A DNA stretch of 64,000 nucleotides from Geosiphon pyriformis uo1 (GCA_016748015.1 JAAOMT010000594.1:124001-188000); one strand, 5' to 3'. Shown: positions 39,101-53,680, counted from the first letter of the stretch. The notes: generated from the sequence alone by a model not told the origin. Numbers and translations are program-made.

Positions 39101-42100
39101 TGGTTCTGTTGGCTAATAAGGTGTTTAAAAAAAATAGTTCAGAGGCTTTGATGATGTTTTTACCAAAGAATCTTCGAGATTTTACAGGTTGGAGCTTTTG
39201 GTTTCTAAGATTGTCAGGGCCTCTTATGAAGGAAGTATTGTGAATTTTAATTCTTTTATAAGATGTTGGATTTCTTTGGACAATGTTAAGGCTTCAGTTA
39301 TTCAGGATATTGTAAACTCTGGTGCTGGAGTTAATCGTGTTCATTCTGCTCTCTTTGGTGCTAGAAAGTCTTATTGTGCTGCCAAGCTTGTTAAATCTCT
39401 GAGAGCTAAGGAGGCGCACATTAGATCAGCTATTGATAGAAGAATGGAAAGCTTCAAAGTTGATAAAGGTCGTACAATCAGAAGTGTGCTAGAATATCCT
39501 TTTCACAAAGTGACACTTAATCATCTAGTGGTTGATAACAATTTGATTTTGGAATCTGATTTGGTTAAGACTAAAGTGGATGTGATCATGGAGAATTGGA
39601 CTAGAAAGTGTGAAGTGGTGGATGATATCTCTGGTAAATGGCACCATCAATATCAACCATTAGAGTATGTTTTTGATCAGGCTTTTTCTGAAGTTATGTG
39701 TTTAATTAAATTTGATAAGTTGGTTAATGTGGTTTTTGATCTACCTAATGGCAAAGCTGCTGGTCTCTCAGGTGTGTCAAATAAGCTTTGGAAACACTGT
39801 GATAAGTCAGTTTTAGATATGCTTTTGGTGCTTTTAAACTCCTGTTTGTCTAATGAATCTGTGTCCAGCCCTTGGAAGAAGACTTGAGTCTCAATGATTA
39901 TCAAACCATATGAGTGGAAGGGGTGTTCTAACAAATACTCATCCTATTGCTTTGATCAAGACAGCTTGTAAAATTTTTTCCAAGATATTATCTGACAGAA
40001 TTTTTTTGGCTTGCAGCACTTTTGATGTTCTTCGTAAAGACAATTTTTTGGTTTTGAAGGGTATGTCAACTTAGTCCCATTTTTGTTATTGGTTTGGTTA
40101 TTGAGAATGCTTTGGAAAAAGACCAGAAGCTTTGGCTGGTTTTGCAAAACATGCGGAAGACATACAATTTGGTTGGCTGGGAACATCTAGAAAAAAGTTT
40201 GGTCAGGATCAAAATGTGCAGCAAGTTCATTCATTTCTTTGGTGGTATTCATAGAGATCACACCAACAGGATTATGACAGATTTTAGTTTAACAGATGGC
40301 TATTGTGTACATGATGGTTTAGACCAAGAAGAGATGTTTTCTCCCCTTCTGTGACGCATATTTTATGACCCTTTATTGTGTGAAGTTAAGCATTAAAAGA
40401 GTATATGTAGGTATAGATTGAATTTTCATTTTATTTCCAAAAGTGGTTGTGCTGAGTTTCAGACTGGACTTTTTTCTTTTTTTGCTGCTGGTGCTTTTGT
40501 TGATACTACAATTTAGGTTGGTAGCAGTCAAAGGGCTACTCAATACATTCTTAATGTTGCTGGCAAATTCTTTTAAATTAATGACATTTCTATTAATAAT
40601 GACAAGACAATGACAATTCCCATTAACAGCAGAGCCAATGATCCTTCTCTTTTCATTAGAAGATCACTGATCTCCATTGCAAAAAAGAGTGAATTTCATC
40701 AGTATTTGGGTATTTTTCTCTCAACTGAGGGTCTCTCAAAGCCTAGTTTGGCTAAGGTGAATTTGGATGTTCATTTTTTTACCAATTTGGTTCTAAGAAA
40801 GACTATTTTGGATAAGCAGCTCCTGTATTTAGTTTCAGTGGTTCTTCATTCTATAGTCAGTTATAGGACACAATTCAGTTTTGTTTTTGTTGGTGTGTAC
40901 AACAAGTGGGATGCTATAATTCGAAAGGGCTTGAAGCTTAAATCTGGCTTACCACTTGACTTTCCTAGTAATATGATTCATTACTCTTTCTTTTATGATT
41001 TGAAGACTTTCTTTCAAGTCCAGTCTGAGGGCAAGGTGGCCTTTTTAGTTAGTTTTGCAAACTCTGATAGTATCTTGGATTGTCTATTCTCTTACAGATC
41101 TTATGACTTGCAAGTTCAGTGCTGGCACTCTATTCATTCATTAAGCTCACCTGTTTATATTTGTGTTAGTGCTTCCAATAATTTTCTGGCAGGTATGGTT
41201 CATATTCTTCTTGATTGTAATTTGTTCCTGGATGGCTCTTTGGCCAATTCCTTTTGGTTTCGTGGTGGAGTTTCTATGTTAGATGTTCTGAGTGAATCCC
41301 AATTTCTCAAGTTCTCTCCTTCTCTCTAGTAGTATAATATTGTCTTTGTAAATCAACTTTGTGATCATCATGGTTCTGTCTTTAATTGGCACACTTTTAA
41401 GTATTGGAAGAGATTAGACTCCCGTGGCCCTGTTCTTGAGTGGTTCAAGCTTTCTGTGGTGTTTTTCAATGTTGGAGGTTCCTCTTTTACTCATCCCTCA
41501 GTTTTGACCAGTGTTGGTTCTTTGAACATTCTTGAATCTCGTGATTTTGTTTCTGTCTGTGATTGTTTCTTGTAAGTGTGTGCTGACAATCTGTCAGTGT
41601 ATACTGATGGGTCTCTTAGTAATTTGGAAACAGTTGGATGTAGAGCTGGTGCTGCCATCTTTTTTGAAGATATTAATGTGATTTTGGCTATTGGTGTATC
41701 GGGTTTGATGTCATCAACTTTGGTAAAGTTGTAGGCTATTGTACTGGCTTTGAAGTGTGTTCCCTTACTGAGCTCTGTTAAATTGTTTTTGGATAATCAA
41801 TCTGCTCTGGATGTTTATAGGTCAAAGTTGGGTCTGACATGTTCTGACTTTTGTAATCAGTGTTGGATTGAATGTCATCATATTGTCAATATTATTCACA
41901 GTAAGAATTTAAGAGTTAGTTGGCATAAAGTTAAAGGTCACTCTAGTGTTTTAAAAAATGAGTGTGCAAATGTGATAGCTGGTGAAGCTTCTCTCTCTAG
42001 TTAGTATTTTCTTTCTTGTTTGGGTAAATGCTTTATGTCAGCTGATGGTAGTATTGTTTCTGGCAATTCCAGACATTTTTTTTGTGATATTTATCACTCA

Positions 42101-42999
42101 GTTTGTCATGCGTGTTGGAAGATTGGCTCTGGTTTCAAGTTTTTGGTGGGCAGTTTGCTTTCTGAGGTTGATTGGCTTCATTTATCTTTGATATGGCACT
42201 CTGACTTGCATATAACCACTGGTTTTACCAGCAACTTCTTGGCTAATGCACGTACTTATTTTATGAAAGCTTTGTACTACTGGCTGCTGGTTGCCATTCA
42301 GAAGCACCTTTATAATAAACTATATTCAAGTGTGTTGTGCTTATATTGCAGTGATGTAGAAGCATCAGATCATGTGTTTTCTTGCAGAATTGATGATTTC
42401 ATTCGATGTCAATTGCTGGAATTCTAGAAGATAGTTTCTGGTTTCACTCATTCTTCTTCAAGCATATTGCAATTGTTGTTGTTTTGTGCTTCTGACTTAT
42501 CTTTGTCTATGGCTCTTTATAAGGGTTTTGTTTTTGATGTTTGGTTTTGTGAAGCAGTTGCTGTCTTTCATAATCCCAAAGTTGCTGGCTTGGAGATTGT
42601 CAAATTTGTGTGCTCTCTTAGCCTTGCTTTTAGAAGTGATATCTGGTCAGTTCATACTAAACATCATGCTTATATAGAAAAATATGGGTTGATTCCACTT
42701 GATGGCTTGGTTCTTATCTCGGTTTTTGGTTTGGTTTCAGGTTTATTAGCTGGAATGGTTAAATTGCTTAGCATAACTGATGCTTTTGGTGTTTGTTTTG
42801 GCTTTTACAAATCTTGTTTATTTTTTTCAGGTGTAAATGACTCAGTTTTAGTTCACATAGCTGTATAGTGTTGTTCTGATCAGCCCAAGTGGCTGGTCAC
42901 ATGTAGAAAGTGCATGATTCATGCCTAGTTTAAATCATTTTTTTGATGTATAGTACTAGGTAGTATTTGAACTTCACTCGTAAAGCAAATAAAAAAAAA
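36115..42999 (+). mobile_element. LINE D: full-length inactivated non-LTR retrotransposon (ORF1 about 36237-38197; ORF2 about 38194-42868)
   Basis: Same APE-RT-RNase H-CCHC order with many stops, a 3' UTR and poly(A); imperfect TSD aaaaatattat at about 36086-36096 / 42995-43007. Confidence 0.93.
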
Positions 43000-43445
43000 T
43001 ATATTATTGTTTGTAAACTATTTTAAAAAAGCATTTTTAAATGCTTGCCAATTTTCAAATAGTTTATCTAATTTTTTGAACTATTTTTTTGCTGTTTTTA
43101 AAGAAAGTAGAAAATTGCTTTTAGTATTTTTATTGCTTTTATCTATTTGTATTTCTTGTTTTTAATACTTTGTTAAGACATTTTTAAAAGCTAGTGTTGA
43201 TATTTTCTTTGTAAATTCTGTAATCTTTACAATATAAGTTGTTGCTATTTTTTTTATGTTTTTATTTTTAGTAGTTTTTTTTTAGTAAATTCAGAAATGT
43301 TTTCATCATTGCTTATGTTGTTGAAATTATTACTCTGATTTTTTACTAAGTAATCAAGAAAATTTGTGTTGATAAAAATTTGTTTAGACTGTTGTGTTGA
43401 GTTTTTTGGTAAATTTTTACTGATAATACTTTTTTTAATAATTTT
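43000..43445 (-). mobile_element. Gag fragment of the gypsy relic between LINEs D and E
   Basis: Reads FENWQAFKNAFLK*FTNNN and joins the 36.09 kb fragment. Confidence 0.7.
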
Positions 43446-46400
43446 TTTTTTATTAAAGTTTAATGAGTGAAATCCAAATGCCACTTAGTGCTATATATCA
43501 TACAAATGATCTAAACTAAGCGTGAATTATGTCTTCACTACACGTGACCAGACACTTAGACTAATCAGAACAATACTATGCACTTATATGAACAGAAGTC
43601 ATGTTACCAACATCTGCATAAAACAAACAATGCTCATAATACCCAAACCTAATCACCCCAGCCAAAAGCCACATAGAAAAACCAGAAACAGTGACAGGAA
43701 TAGAACCATCATGTGGAATCAGCTTATTCTTCTCCATAATGGTCTGGTGTTTCACATGGACCAGCCAGATATCATCACAAAATACAAGACAAAACTCACA
43801 TACAAAATTCACAATATTAACCACTGTCACCTTAGGATTCTTGTAAACAGACACAGACTCATGATACCAATTGCCAAAAACAAAGCCCTTACACAGAGCC
43901 GTACTAACAGTCACATCTGAAATGCAAGTTGACAACAACTCCAATATGCACAAAGAAGAGTAAAACAGACCAGAATACACCTCCTAGACAGCTGCATAAG
44001 TGTCCAACAAACTGGTGCAATTATCAGCATCAGAAGAGCAAGAAAAGACATGGTCTGAGATTTCAACCTTACTACAGAATAAACAAACTATACTGGGATA
44101 GTCTCTATTATACAGATGCTTTCACACAGCAACAGAAAGGTGATGATGAAGGGCTTTCATAAAGTATGTACGAAAGCCAGCCATCTGAATACTAATAAAA
44201 CCAGTCACCATGTGAGAATCTAGGTGCCACACCAAAGAAGACCTCAACCAGTCAATATTAGCATGCAAACAACCAGGAACAAACCGGGAACCAGAACCAA
44301 CCTCCCAATGTGCGCAATAGATTGACTTGAATATGTCATGAACAAAATGCCTTGAATTACCAGAAACCGTACCAACACCAGCCTTCAAAAACCTTTTATT
44401 GACCAAGTGGGACAGGTGCCAGGCAGAAAAGGCAGCATTCTTAGCCAGCGCATTAGCACGCTCATTATCTAAAACACCCGAATGGCCCTTAATCTTAATC
44501 CAATTAACATCCAAATTTTTGCAATAAATGACATTGGCAATGTAATAATACTCAATCCAACAACAATTCCTGAAATCAGGGCCAACTGATAAAGACTCAA
44601 ACCTGCAAGCATCTATAGCTGCCTGGCTGTCTGAGAACAAGTCAACTGAATGAAAAGAAGGAACAGACTCAAGAGCTAAAGCAATGGCTTGCAACTCCAC
44701 CAAAGTAAAAAAAACCAAACCAGAAACTCCCACACCCAGACCCAAATTAATGTCTTCAAAGAAAACTACAGCACCAGCCAACATGTCAACAGTGCTCAAG
44801 TTACTCAGAGATCCATCTGTGTATACAGAGAAGTGGGCGGCACCAACATTCAACAGATCATTACAAATAACACCAAAACCAAGAGACTGACAGATGTCAG
44901 AAGAGTCACAAACACCCTTATAAGGAGAACAACCAGAAAGAGAAGCTACACCACCAAGAAAATGAACAGAGAGATCAAACCAGAAGGAGACCAGGCCATG
45001 GAAGTCCAGTTTTTTCCAATGCTTGAAAGTCTTCCAATCAAAAACAATGCCATTCCAGTCACAAAGCTGTTTTACAAAAACAATACCATAACACCTAAGG
45101 AAGAGACACATTTGAAGAAAATTGTCTCGCCTAGAACTAGAGACATAGAAGTATCACTCCGAAGACAAAAAGCACCAGCCAGAGAGCCACCCAAAGACAA
45201 ATCACACCCAGAAAAAACACAAACCACACCTGCCAAAAAGTTGTTTGAAGGGCTGACTTTAACACAAGCAGGAAACAACAAAGAGTGACAAAAATGCCAG
45301 CTAAGAACTTGCAGATCATAAGACTTATAAGAAAACAAGCGACCCAAAATACCAACTGAATTCACAAAAGCAATGACAGAAGCTGACTTGTTCTCAGCCT
45401 AAATTTGCTCAAAAGTTTTTAAATTGTACAAGGAAGGATAATAAAGTGCATCATTGGAAAAGTCCAGAGACAGCCCAGATTTGGATTTCAAGCCCTTGCA
45501 AATTAAAGCATCCCACTTATTACACATACTGAAAGGAATAAAACTGAACTGAGTTCTGTAGCTGACAATAGGAAGGAGAACTGAAAACACCAAATAAGCA
45601 AACTGTTTATCTGATATAACTTTTCTTAGAATGCGATTGACAAAAAACCAAACATCCAAATGCGTTTTAACCAAGCTGGACTTCAAAAGACATTCAGAAG
45701 ATAAAAAAATCCCCAGATAACAATGAGGTTCATCCCTTTTAGTGATGGAAATTGGCATACCACTGATAGTTAGATAAGGAGCAGTGACCTGACAGTTAAT
45801 AGAAATGACCAGTCTTGTTATTGTTTATCGAAATGTTATTTAAACAAAAGAAATCACTAGCAACATTGAGGATGTATTGTGTAGCAGCCTGGCTGCTACC
45901 AACCCAGATAGTATCATCAACAAAAGCACTAGCAGCCAGAAACAATGTCAGCCCAGCCTGAGATTCCACCCAGCCAGTCTTAGAAATGAAATGAAAAATC
46001 AACCTGTAACCACAAATGCTCTTCTGTCTCTTAACCTTATACAAAAGCAAGTCATAAAATATGCACCAGAAAAGTGGTGAAAAAACCTCCCTCTGATCCA
46101 ATCCATTATGAACATAATATCTATCAGTCAAACCAAAATCTGTCATCACTCTGTTAGTGTAACCATTATGAATGCTACCAAAAAATCTGATAAATTTGTT
46201 ACACATTTTGATTCTAACCAAACTCCTTTTGAGATGCTCCTAACCAACAGAATCATAAGCTTTGCACATATTCTGTAAAACCAGCCACAACTCTCAGTTC
46301 TTTTCCAAAGCATCTTCAACCACCGAACCAATAGCGAAAATAGGCAATTGAGTAGACATACCTTTCAAGACAAAGAAATTGTTCCCATGGAGTACATCAA

Positions 46401-49400
46401 AAGTGCTACAAGCCAGAGAGATCCAATCTGAAAGAATCTTGGAAAGGACCTTGCGAGCTGTCTCAACCAAAGCAATGGGGTGGGTATTTGTAAGAATCCC
46501 TTTCCACTCGTAAGGTTTAGGAATCATTGAGACTCAGGCTTCTCTCCAAGGTTCAGGCACTGACTCACAATTCAAACAAAAATTTAAGAGCACCAAAAGC
46601 ATATCCAAGATCGACTTGTCACAGTGTTTTCAAAGTTCATTAGTGATACCAGAAAAACCAGCTGCTTTCCTATCGGGCAAATTTGAAATAACACCAAACA
46701 TCTTATCAAAACCAATTGAATGCATTACATCAGAGAAGGCACCATCAAAAACATGATTCAAAGACTGAAATTGCCTTGCCCAATCACTAGAGATATCAGA
46801 AGCCACCACACATTTTCTAGTCCAACTCTCCATGATTCCATCCACCTTAAATTTAACTAACTCAGGCTCCAAGACCAACTCCCCACCATCCACCAAATGA
46901 TCCAACACCACTTTACAAAAAGAATGCTCCAAAACACTTCTAATGATGTAACTCTTATCCACCTCAAAACTCTCCATTCTCCTCTCAATAGCCTGTCTTA
47001 TACAAGATTCTTCAGCGTGCTTGGATTCCAATGACTTAGAAGAGCAGTAGGACTTCCTTGCTTTAGCCAGCCCAAAACGGATTGCATCAAAACTGGTGCC
47101 AGAGAGAAACAGAAATTTTATTGGCAAAGCACCCACAGAATCAAGCCTGTACCAAGTATCTAGCAATGAGGCAAAATCCCCACCAGAAACCAACCAAGAA
47201 GCCTTCACCAGTTTAGACACAAGTAGCTCCAGTTTATGAAACTGGAAAGACACCTTATTAAAAACACAATCAAAACCCTTAAACCACTTTTTCCTAAATG
47301 CTCTACCAGCCGAAAGAACCATAACCTTACGAACAATGTCCCACATTGCATCCAGATCAGAAAACTGCTTAGCTGCAACAAACTCATCCTAGAACATAAC
47401 AGCATTAGTGGCCATAACATTTCTGAATTCTGACTACTTAATCACACTGGTATTTTTGATATCATACTTTCAGTGATTTCTATTTGCCTGTTTGCACAGA
47501 GAGTTCAACTGGACATCGAGCAGACCACCCAGTCTCACAGAAACATAAACAGTCCTGTGATTGGTATCAAAATAGTCCTCAATGCCATCCACACCACAAT
47601 TCACTACCACACCAACCAAATTAGAAGAAATAAACATGTAGTTAAGTGTCTTAGTGATACCATGAAAATTGTACCAAGTAGGTGACTTCACAAAAGAACT
47701 CCCTTTCATAGAGTTAATCAAACCCAAATCAAAACATTTTTTGAAACTGGCACATTTGTGTGAACCATCTTCATTAAAATTACCACCAAGAATAACAAAA
47801 GAAGACTCATTAATGGCTCTAGCAATGAGAAAGTTGATTTCACCAGTCTAAGAAAACTGAACCACTGATGAAGCACCAGCATAGAGCCCCAAAATAGACA
47901 CTGAAAGTTTATTTTTGAAAAGCAACTTGATGGAAAGGAGCCAACCAGGCACTTTAGAGACCTTGCAGACATGTTTCGCTAAAGAAGAATTCACGACAAT
48001 TAACACCCCAGCACCCAAAAAACCAGAATCCAGACCAGAAGTAAAAACCCGAATACCATCAAATTTGTCAGCCAACCATGAGTGAACTTTTTCTTTAAGC
48101 TTTGACTCCATAAAAATAGAAACCAAATTGTTCATATCCTTGTGCCAATGAATGACATCATTTTGTTTTGCAGGATTGTTTAATCCACAAACATTACACA
48201 TAGCAATTTTCTATACCAGACTACTCATTGAAAAAGAGGTAGAGGAGGAGCACCACCTGCCAAAGCCAAACCATTCAAGCACACTGATAGGCTCATGACC
48301 AAAGCAGAGAGATCTTCTAACATGTTTTCCAATTTCACAACCTTAGGTAAGGCAGTTGAGCCTGAAACAGCAGCAGTCTTGTCACTAGTGGCATCACTTG
48401 AACCCACTTCCATCACTATATTCTCCTCTTGATTCTGCAATAGGAGAGTCACCAGCAGCTGACATCCAGGGCTAGGCTGGGAAACTGCTGGCACAAATGA
48501 TTCCAACCTCTTAGCCAACTCACCAATTTGTTCTATGAGGCTGACAAGACTGCTTTTAATGCTAACCAAATGTTTTTCCAAATTATTCACTACTGGAGGG
48601 AGAGGTTTACCATTTCTAATGGAACCAAGCTGAGAGTCATATCCATGAAACGTGCTTGAAGGAGGAAAGCCTACTACTGAAGCCCAAGTCTTACCACCAA
48701 AAGCCAGAGGACGGAAAATGGGAGCAGACTTTCTCTCATAAATCTTTGCCAATCTAAACCAATCCTGAGCCGAGAGAGGAGCTCTCTTGCTCTTAGAACC
48801 CAAAGATACATCATCTGACTTACAAACCAAAGACGTATAACCAAGAGAATTGCAAGAGGAACACAAGGCAGTAGATAAATGCGACCAGCAGAGACATATA
48901 TCTTTTATAACAGGCATGTTAACCATAGCCCACAATAGGACATCCTCAGACTCAAAACCCACAGAAGTGCAGTGTGCATGAGTGTAGTCAACAGGATTGC
49001 AATCAATGACGCAAGTTTTTCCACCCACCAAATCCAGAAAATCCCACAGATCATAAGTGTTTGTTCCTATGGGAAGAGTGTAAAGCAATGCCCTGAATCT
49101 GTCTCTAGAATCCCATGTTTGTTTATCCACGTCAGCTTTGGCTACACAAACTGCATTTTTTCTAATAAGAATAGATCATTTGTTTGCCAAGAGATCAGCC
49201 TGATTTTGATCTTCCATCTCGACAATCGCTTTCTGTCACAATCCCACCAACTGCATTCTGATCTTCTTAATAATCCCAAATTCGGATACAGCTGCATGCA
49301 CAGCTTTCATTAATGTTCTCACAAAAATCTCTTTTAACACAATATTCCAATTTGTATGAATGTTGCCAGGTCATTTGAGATTGGTGTTTACCACAACACC

Positions 49401-50160
49401 ACAATTATTTGCCAACTTTCCAGTAGCCATCATTGCCTTTTCCGAAGTAAAAGTCACATGAATAATTCCACCAAATTTTGAGGAAGTAGAAGCCCCCCCA
49501 AAATCATTCACACTTGAAAAAATTTTTCTGATAAAACTCAATTTTTCCTGAGAAGATTTCCCAGCAACGACCACAAGATCAATATCTAATGCAAAGGATT
49601 TGCGAACAGGCACTTGAACGAACAACTTGACAAGTAGAGGAGGCAGAAGAAGAAAGGAATTGTCCAACACATCATTATCTGTATTGACAGTACCATAATC
49701 AATCACACCCAGAGGCTTTTCTAATACCTTTTTGGTTTTTACACGCAAACCCTTTGGCGTTTGATTAGGATCCCCTTCTGTGAAAGCACCACTTTCACCA
49801 TAGTCAACACTGGTTTTCTCAACCAAGTACTTCTTCTCCATGTCAATACTCTCTGACTCAGTAGTGTCATCTGTCTCAGAACCTCATGAACAAGCACCAG
49901 GAGCTTCAGCAGCAACCCCTCTATTATTAATACCTTCTGCCAATACCCCTCCCTTCCTCTTCTTCTTCGACACAACCACCTTAAAACCACTCTCAGAACC
50001 AGAGACTTTAGTAGTCTTTTTCATAACAGCAATAACAGAGCCAACAGTGGCCTTGTAATTGAAGAACAGTTTTGATTTATCATACTGAATGATAAAAAAC
50101 TTCTTTTGAGAAAACTTTTGACTCTTTTTTTGGGAATTTTGAATGAAAAAGAGAAAGAAG
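43446..50160 (-). mobile_element. LINE E: full-length inactivated non-LTR retrotransposon (ORF1 about 50024-48225; ORF2 48228-43576), tail-to-tail with D
   Basis: 5' end CTTCTTTCTCT as in A and C; FVDDT RT motif, YTDGS RNase H, poly(A); TSD core TTAATAATTTT at 43435-43445 / 50167-50177. Confidence 0.95.
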
Positions 50161-52211
50161 TTTTTGTTAATAATTTTAAAGCATTTTTTTTCTTTATTTA
50201 ATAGTTTATTTTTTTTATATATATATTTAAATTAATTTTAGTATTTTTTACTTTCTTTAAAAATTTTAAAGTTTTTAATAATAAGCCAATTATTCTTATT
50301 ATTACTATTACAATTATTTTACAAATAATTAAAAGACCAAAAAATTCGAAAAACAATAATAGTTATTTTTGTTTACTATTATTATATTAAATATTTTTGT
50401 AATTTTAGATAAAATTTTAAAATAAAATTTTTGTAATAATAATTAGTTTTTTTTAATATAAACAATAACAATAATAATATATCTTTTATAATAAATTAAA
50501 TTTAATTATTATTATTTTTTTATTACCAGTTTTATGAATAAAGCCCAATATTAATTATTAGCTATTTTACTAAAAGTAGTATTTTTTAAAAATAAAACAA
50601 AACATGTTTTTAAATACTATTTTTACTTAATTAATTTATTAAATTATTTGATTTTAAGAATTGAACTGATTAAATAAAAACTGAATTAATATTTTTTTAT
50701 TTTTTGGTACAATTTTTAATAATGCTTAGAAAATAATTACTAATTATCAAAAATTTTTGAATAGATAGTTTTTATTTTAATGTTTAATTATATATTTAAA
50801 ATTAAATTGGCTTTTGTTAATTTTTTGTTTTATTTATTGTCTGGTTTTTTTAAATTCAAATTTATTTTAAATAATAATATTAAGTTGTTTTATGTAAATT
50901 TTGTTTTTAAAGTTTTTTTAATTATTATTATTAAAATTTTTATTGATAATTTTGTGTTTTTAATTATATTTAAAATTATAAAGTTTTTTGTAGTAACTTT
51001 TGTTTTTTTCTATTGTATTTTATAATGTTTTTTTTGGTATATTTTTTAATAACATTAAAAATATCTTAAATATTTTTGGTAATATTAATTAAAATTTGTA
51101 AGTTTATAATAATATGTTGTTATTTAATTTAAGAAAATTTTTTTTGTTGTTGTTTTTACTTGTTAATCTGTATTAATAAACAAACAATATTAAAAAAATT
51201 TTTATTTAATTAAAAAAAAATTTACTTTAAAAAACAGTTTTAAAACCAAATTAATCAATCTTTTTTTGGTTGTATAGTTTTTAAAATCAGTAATTTAATT
51301 TTTTAAGTTAGTAATTATATATGTTTTATTTTAAATTTTTATTGTTAATACTTTTTATTGTAATTTTTAAGTCTTTGAATATTATAAATCTTATTATTTT
51401 GAAAATTGGTATTTTATATAAGTATTTTATTTAGTAAAAACTTTTAAATATTATTATTATTACAATTTCAAGATTTAAATTATTTGGTTTTAAATTATAA
51501 AATGTTTTTATTTTTATTTTCTAAGTTTTTTATTAAATTTATTGGTGATTTCAAGTTTTTTAATTTGTTTTTTGTTGTTACAAAGTTTTATGTTAAAGCT
51601 TTTAACTTTTTAATTTTTATTATTATTATTTTTGGCTGTTTTTGTTATTAATTTTGTAATTAATTTTAAATTGAATTTTTTGGAATTTTAAATCTTTAAT
51701 TTGGCTGTATTAATTAAGTTTATTATTAAATTAAATGGTTTTTTGGTATTTTGGTTATTTTTTTTTGGCTAAAAATATATATAAAAATCTTAAAATAAAA
51801 AAAAATTAGTTATTAAGAATTTTACTATTTTTTTGGCTTGTTTATTTAAAAACTTTGCTAATTTAAAGTTAAAATAAATTTATTAACATAAATAATAATA
51901 ATTTAAATAATATTAAAATGTTTTTTTAAATAACTTAATTATTGAATATTTAATAGTACTATAATAAATATATAATTTTAATATTAAATATAGTATTAAT
52001 AAAACCAGATTGTTTTTAAATAAGTTTGTTTTTAATAATTAAAATTTAAATAGCTTTATAATAAACTTAATAAGTTAAGTTTATTTTTAGTTTTTTTTTA
52101 TTTTTACTTAATTTATGTTTTAATTAATTTAAATAGTTAATTATATATAAAAAATACATGATTTATATTTAATTTAAGATTTTTAATAAGTTATATTTTA
52201 TTAAATAGTAA
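50161..52211 (-). mobile_element. AT-decayed relic, probably the upstream gag region of the same gypsy element
   Basis: Continuous with 43445 via the LINE E TSD; extreme AT content, no clear motif. Confidence 0.5.
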
Positions 52212-53671
52212 TTTTTTTTTTAACAAGTAAGATCTAAACATTACTTAGTACAATACATCATATAAGTAATCTAAACTAGATATAAATCATGCTTTTTCTA
52301 GATATAACCAGTCATTCGGACCAATTAGAACAATACTATGCATCTACACAAACTAAAACTAAGTTTCCAATGCCAAAAAAAAACAGGCAAAACTTGTGCA
52401 AACCAAAACTAACACTAAATGTCTTAGTAATGCTAAGCAATCTAACCACACCAGCAAAAAGCACTAAAAACAGCCCAAAAACAGAAACAAAAGCTGAACT
52501 ATCATGAGAAATCAGCCTATTTTTTTTCATAAAGACATAATATTTAGCACAAACCAATCAAACCTCCTCCCTAAAAGCAAAACAAAATTCATGCACAAAG
52601 TTTACAATTTTCAGATCTGCAACTTTAGAATTACTGAAAACAGAAACAGTCTCTTGACACTAATCATTAAAAACAAAGCTCTTATAGAAAGCCATCTACA
52701 TCACAACATCAGAAACACAGAAGAGCATTGGCTAAAATACACATAAAAACAATGAAAAAGACTAGATAGTACTCTTTAAGCATCTGCATAGACATTTAAC
52801 AAATAATAGTGAACAGAATTGTTAAATATGCAAGAAAAAACATGGTCTGAGACCTCAATATTATCACAATACAAACATATTATACTGGGGTAGCACTTGT
52901 CATACAGGTACTTTTGAACAACAATAGGTAGCCAATAATGCAAAGCTTTTATAAAATAAGTATAAACATTAGCAGTAAATCTGCCAATAAAATCAGCAGT
53001 CATATGCAAATCTGAATGTTACACCAAAAATAAACTCAGCCAATCAATATCCAAAAGCAAACAATCAGTTAGAATCTTAGAACCAAAATCAACTTTTCAG
53101 AATATATAATAAACAAACTGAAAAATTTCATAAACAAAATATCTAGAATTACTAAAAACAACACGACTATCTACTTTAATATAATGTTCTTTTAACTGAA
53201 AGAAAAAAATTCCACTTAAAAAAAAATACAGTATTAGCAAATGTATCAACACATTTATTATCCAAAATACCCAAATAATCCCTCACTTTGTGCTAGCTAA
53301 CATTCAAATTTTTGTCATAAACAATGTTCATGATATGCCACTGTTCAATTTAATACTGATTCTGAAAATCTGGATATACCAAATTCAACTTAAATTTGTA
53401 TACAACCAAAACTGTTTAACTGTCCATAAATAATTAAACTGATCTGTAAGAAGGAATACACTCGAAAGCCAAAGCAATAGCTTGTAACTCTGCTAATATA
53501 GAAGATATCAAACCAGAAACTTTAACACCCAAATCCAAATTTATGTCCTTAAAAAAAACTGCTGTATCAGTCCTTATGTGAGTTGTTTTCAAGTCTTTTA
53601 AAGACTTATCCATATAGACAAACAGACTACCAATATTAATATCTAATAAATAGCCATAAACTAATTCAAAT
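52212..53671 (-). mobile_element. LINE F: 5'-truncated copy (RNase H, CCHC, 3' UTR, poly(A))
   Basis: ALHYWLP...CLYCDNIEVSDHVFSC and the family 3' UTR; TSD ATAGTAATT at 52205-52213 / 53672-53680. Confidence 0.88.
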
Positions 53672-53680
53672 ATAGTAATT

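Noticed and set aside
44684-45288. Long antisense ORFs inside LINEs (also 9546-10010, 2495-2815, 43522-43920)
   Set aside because: By-products of the strand-biased composition; not conserved between copies.
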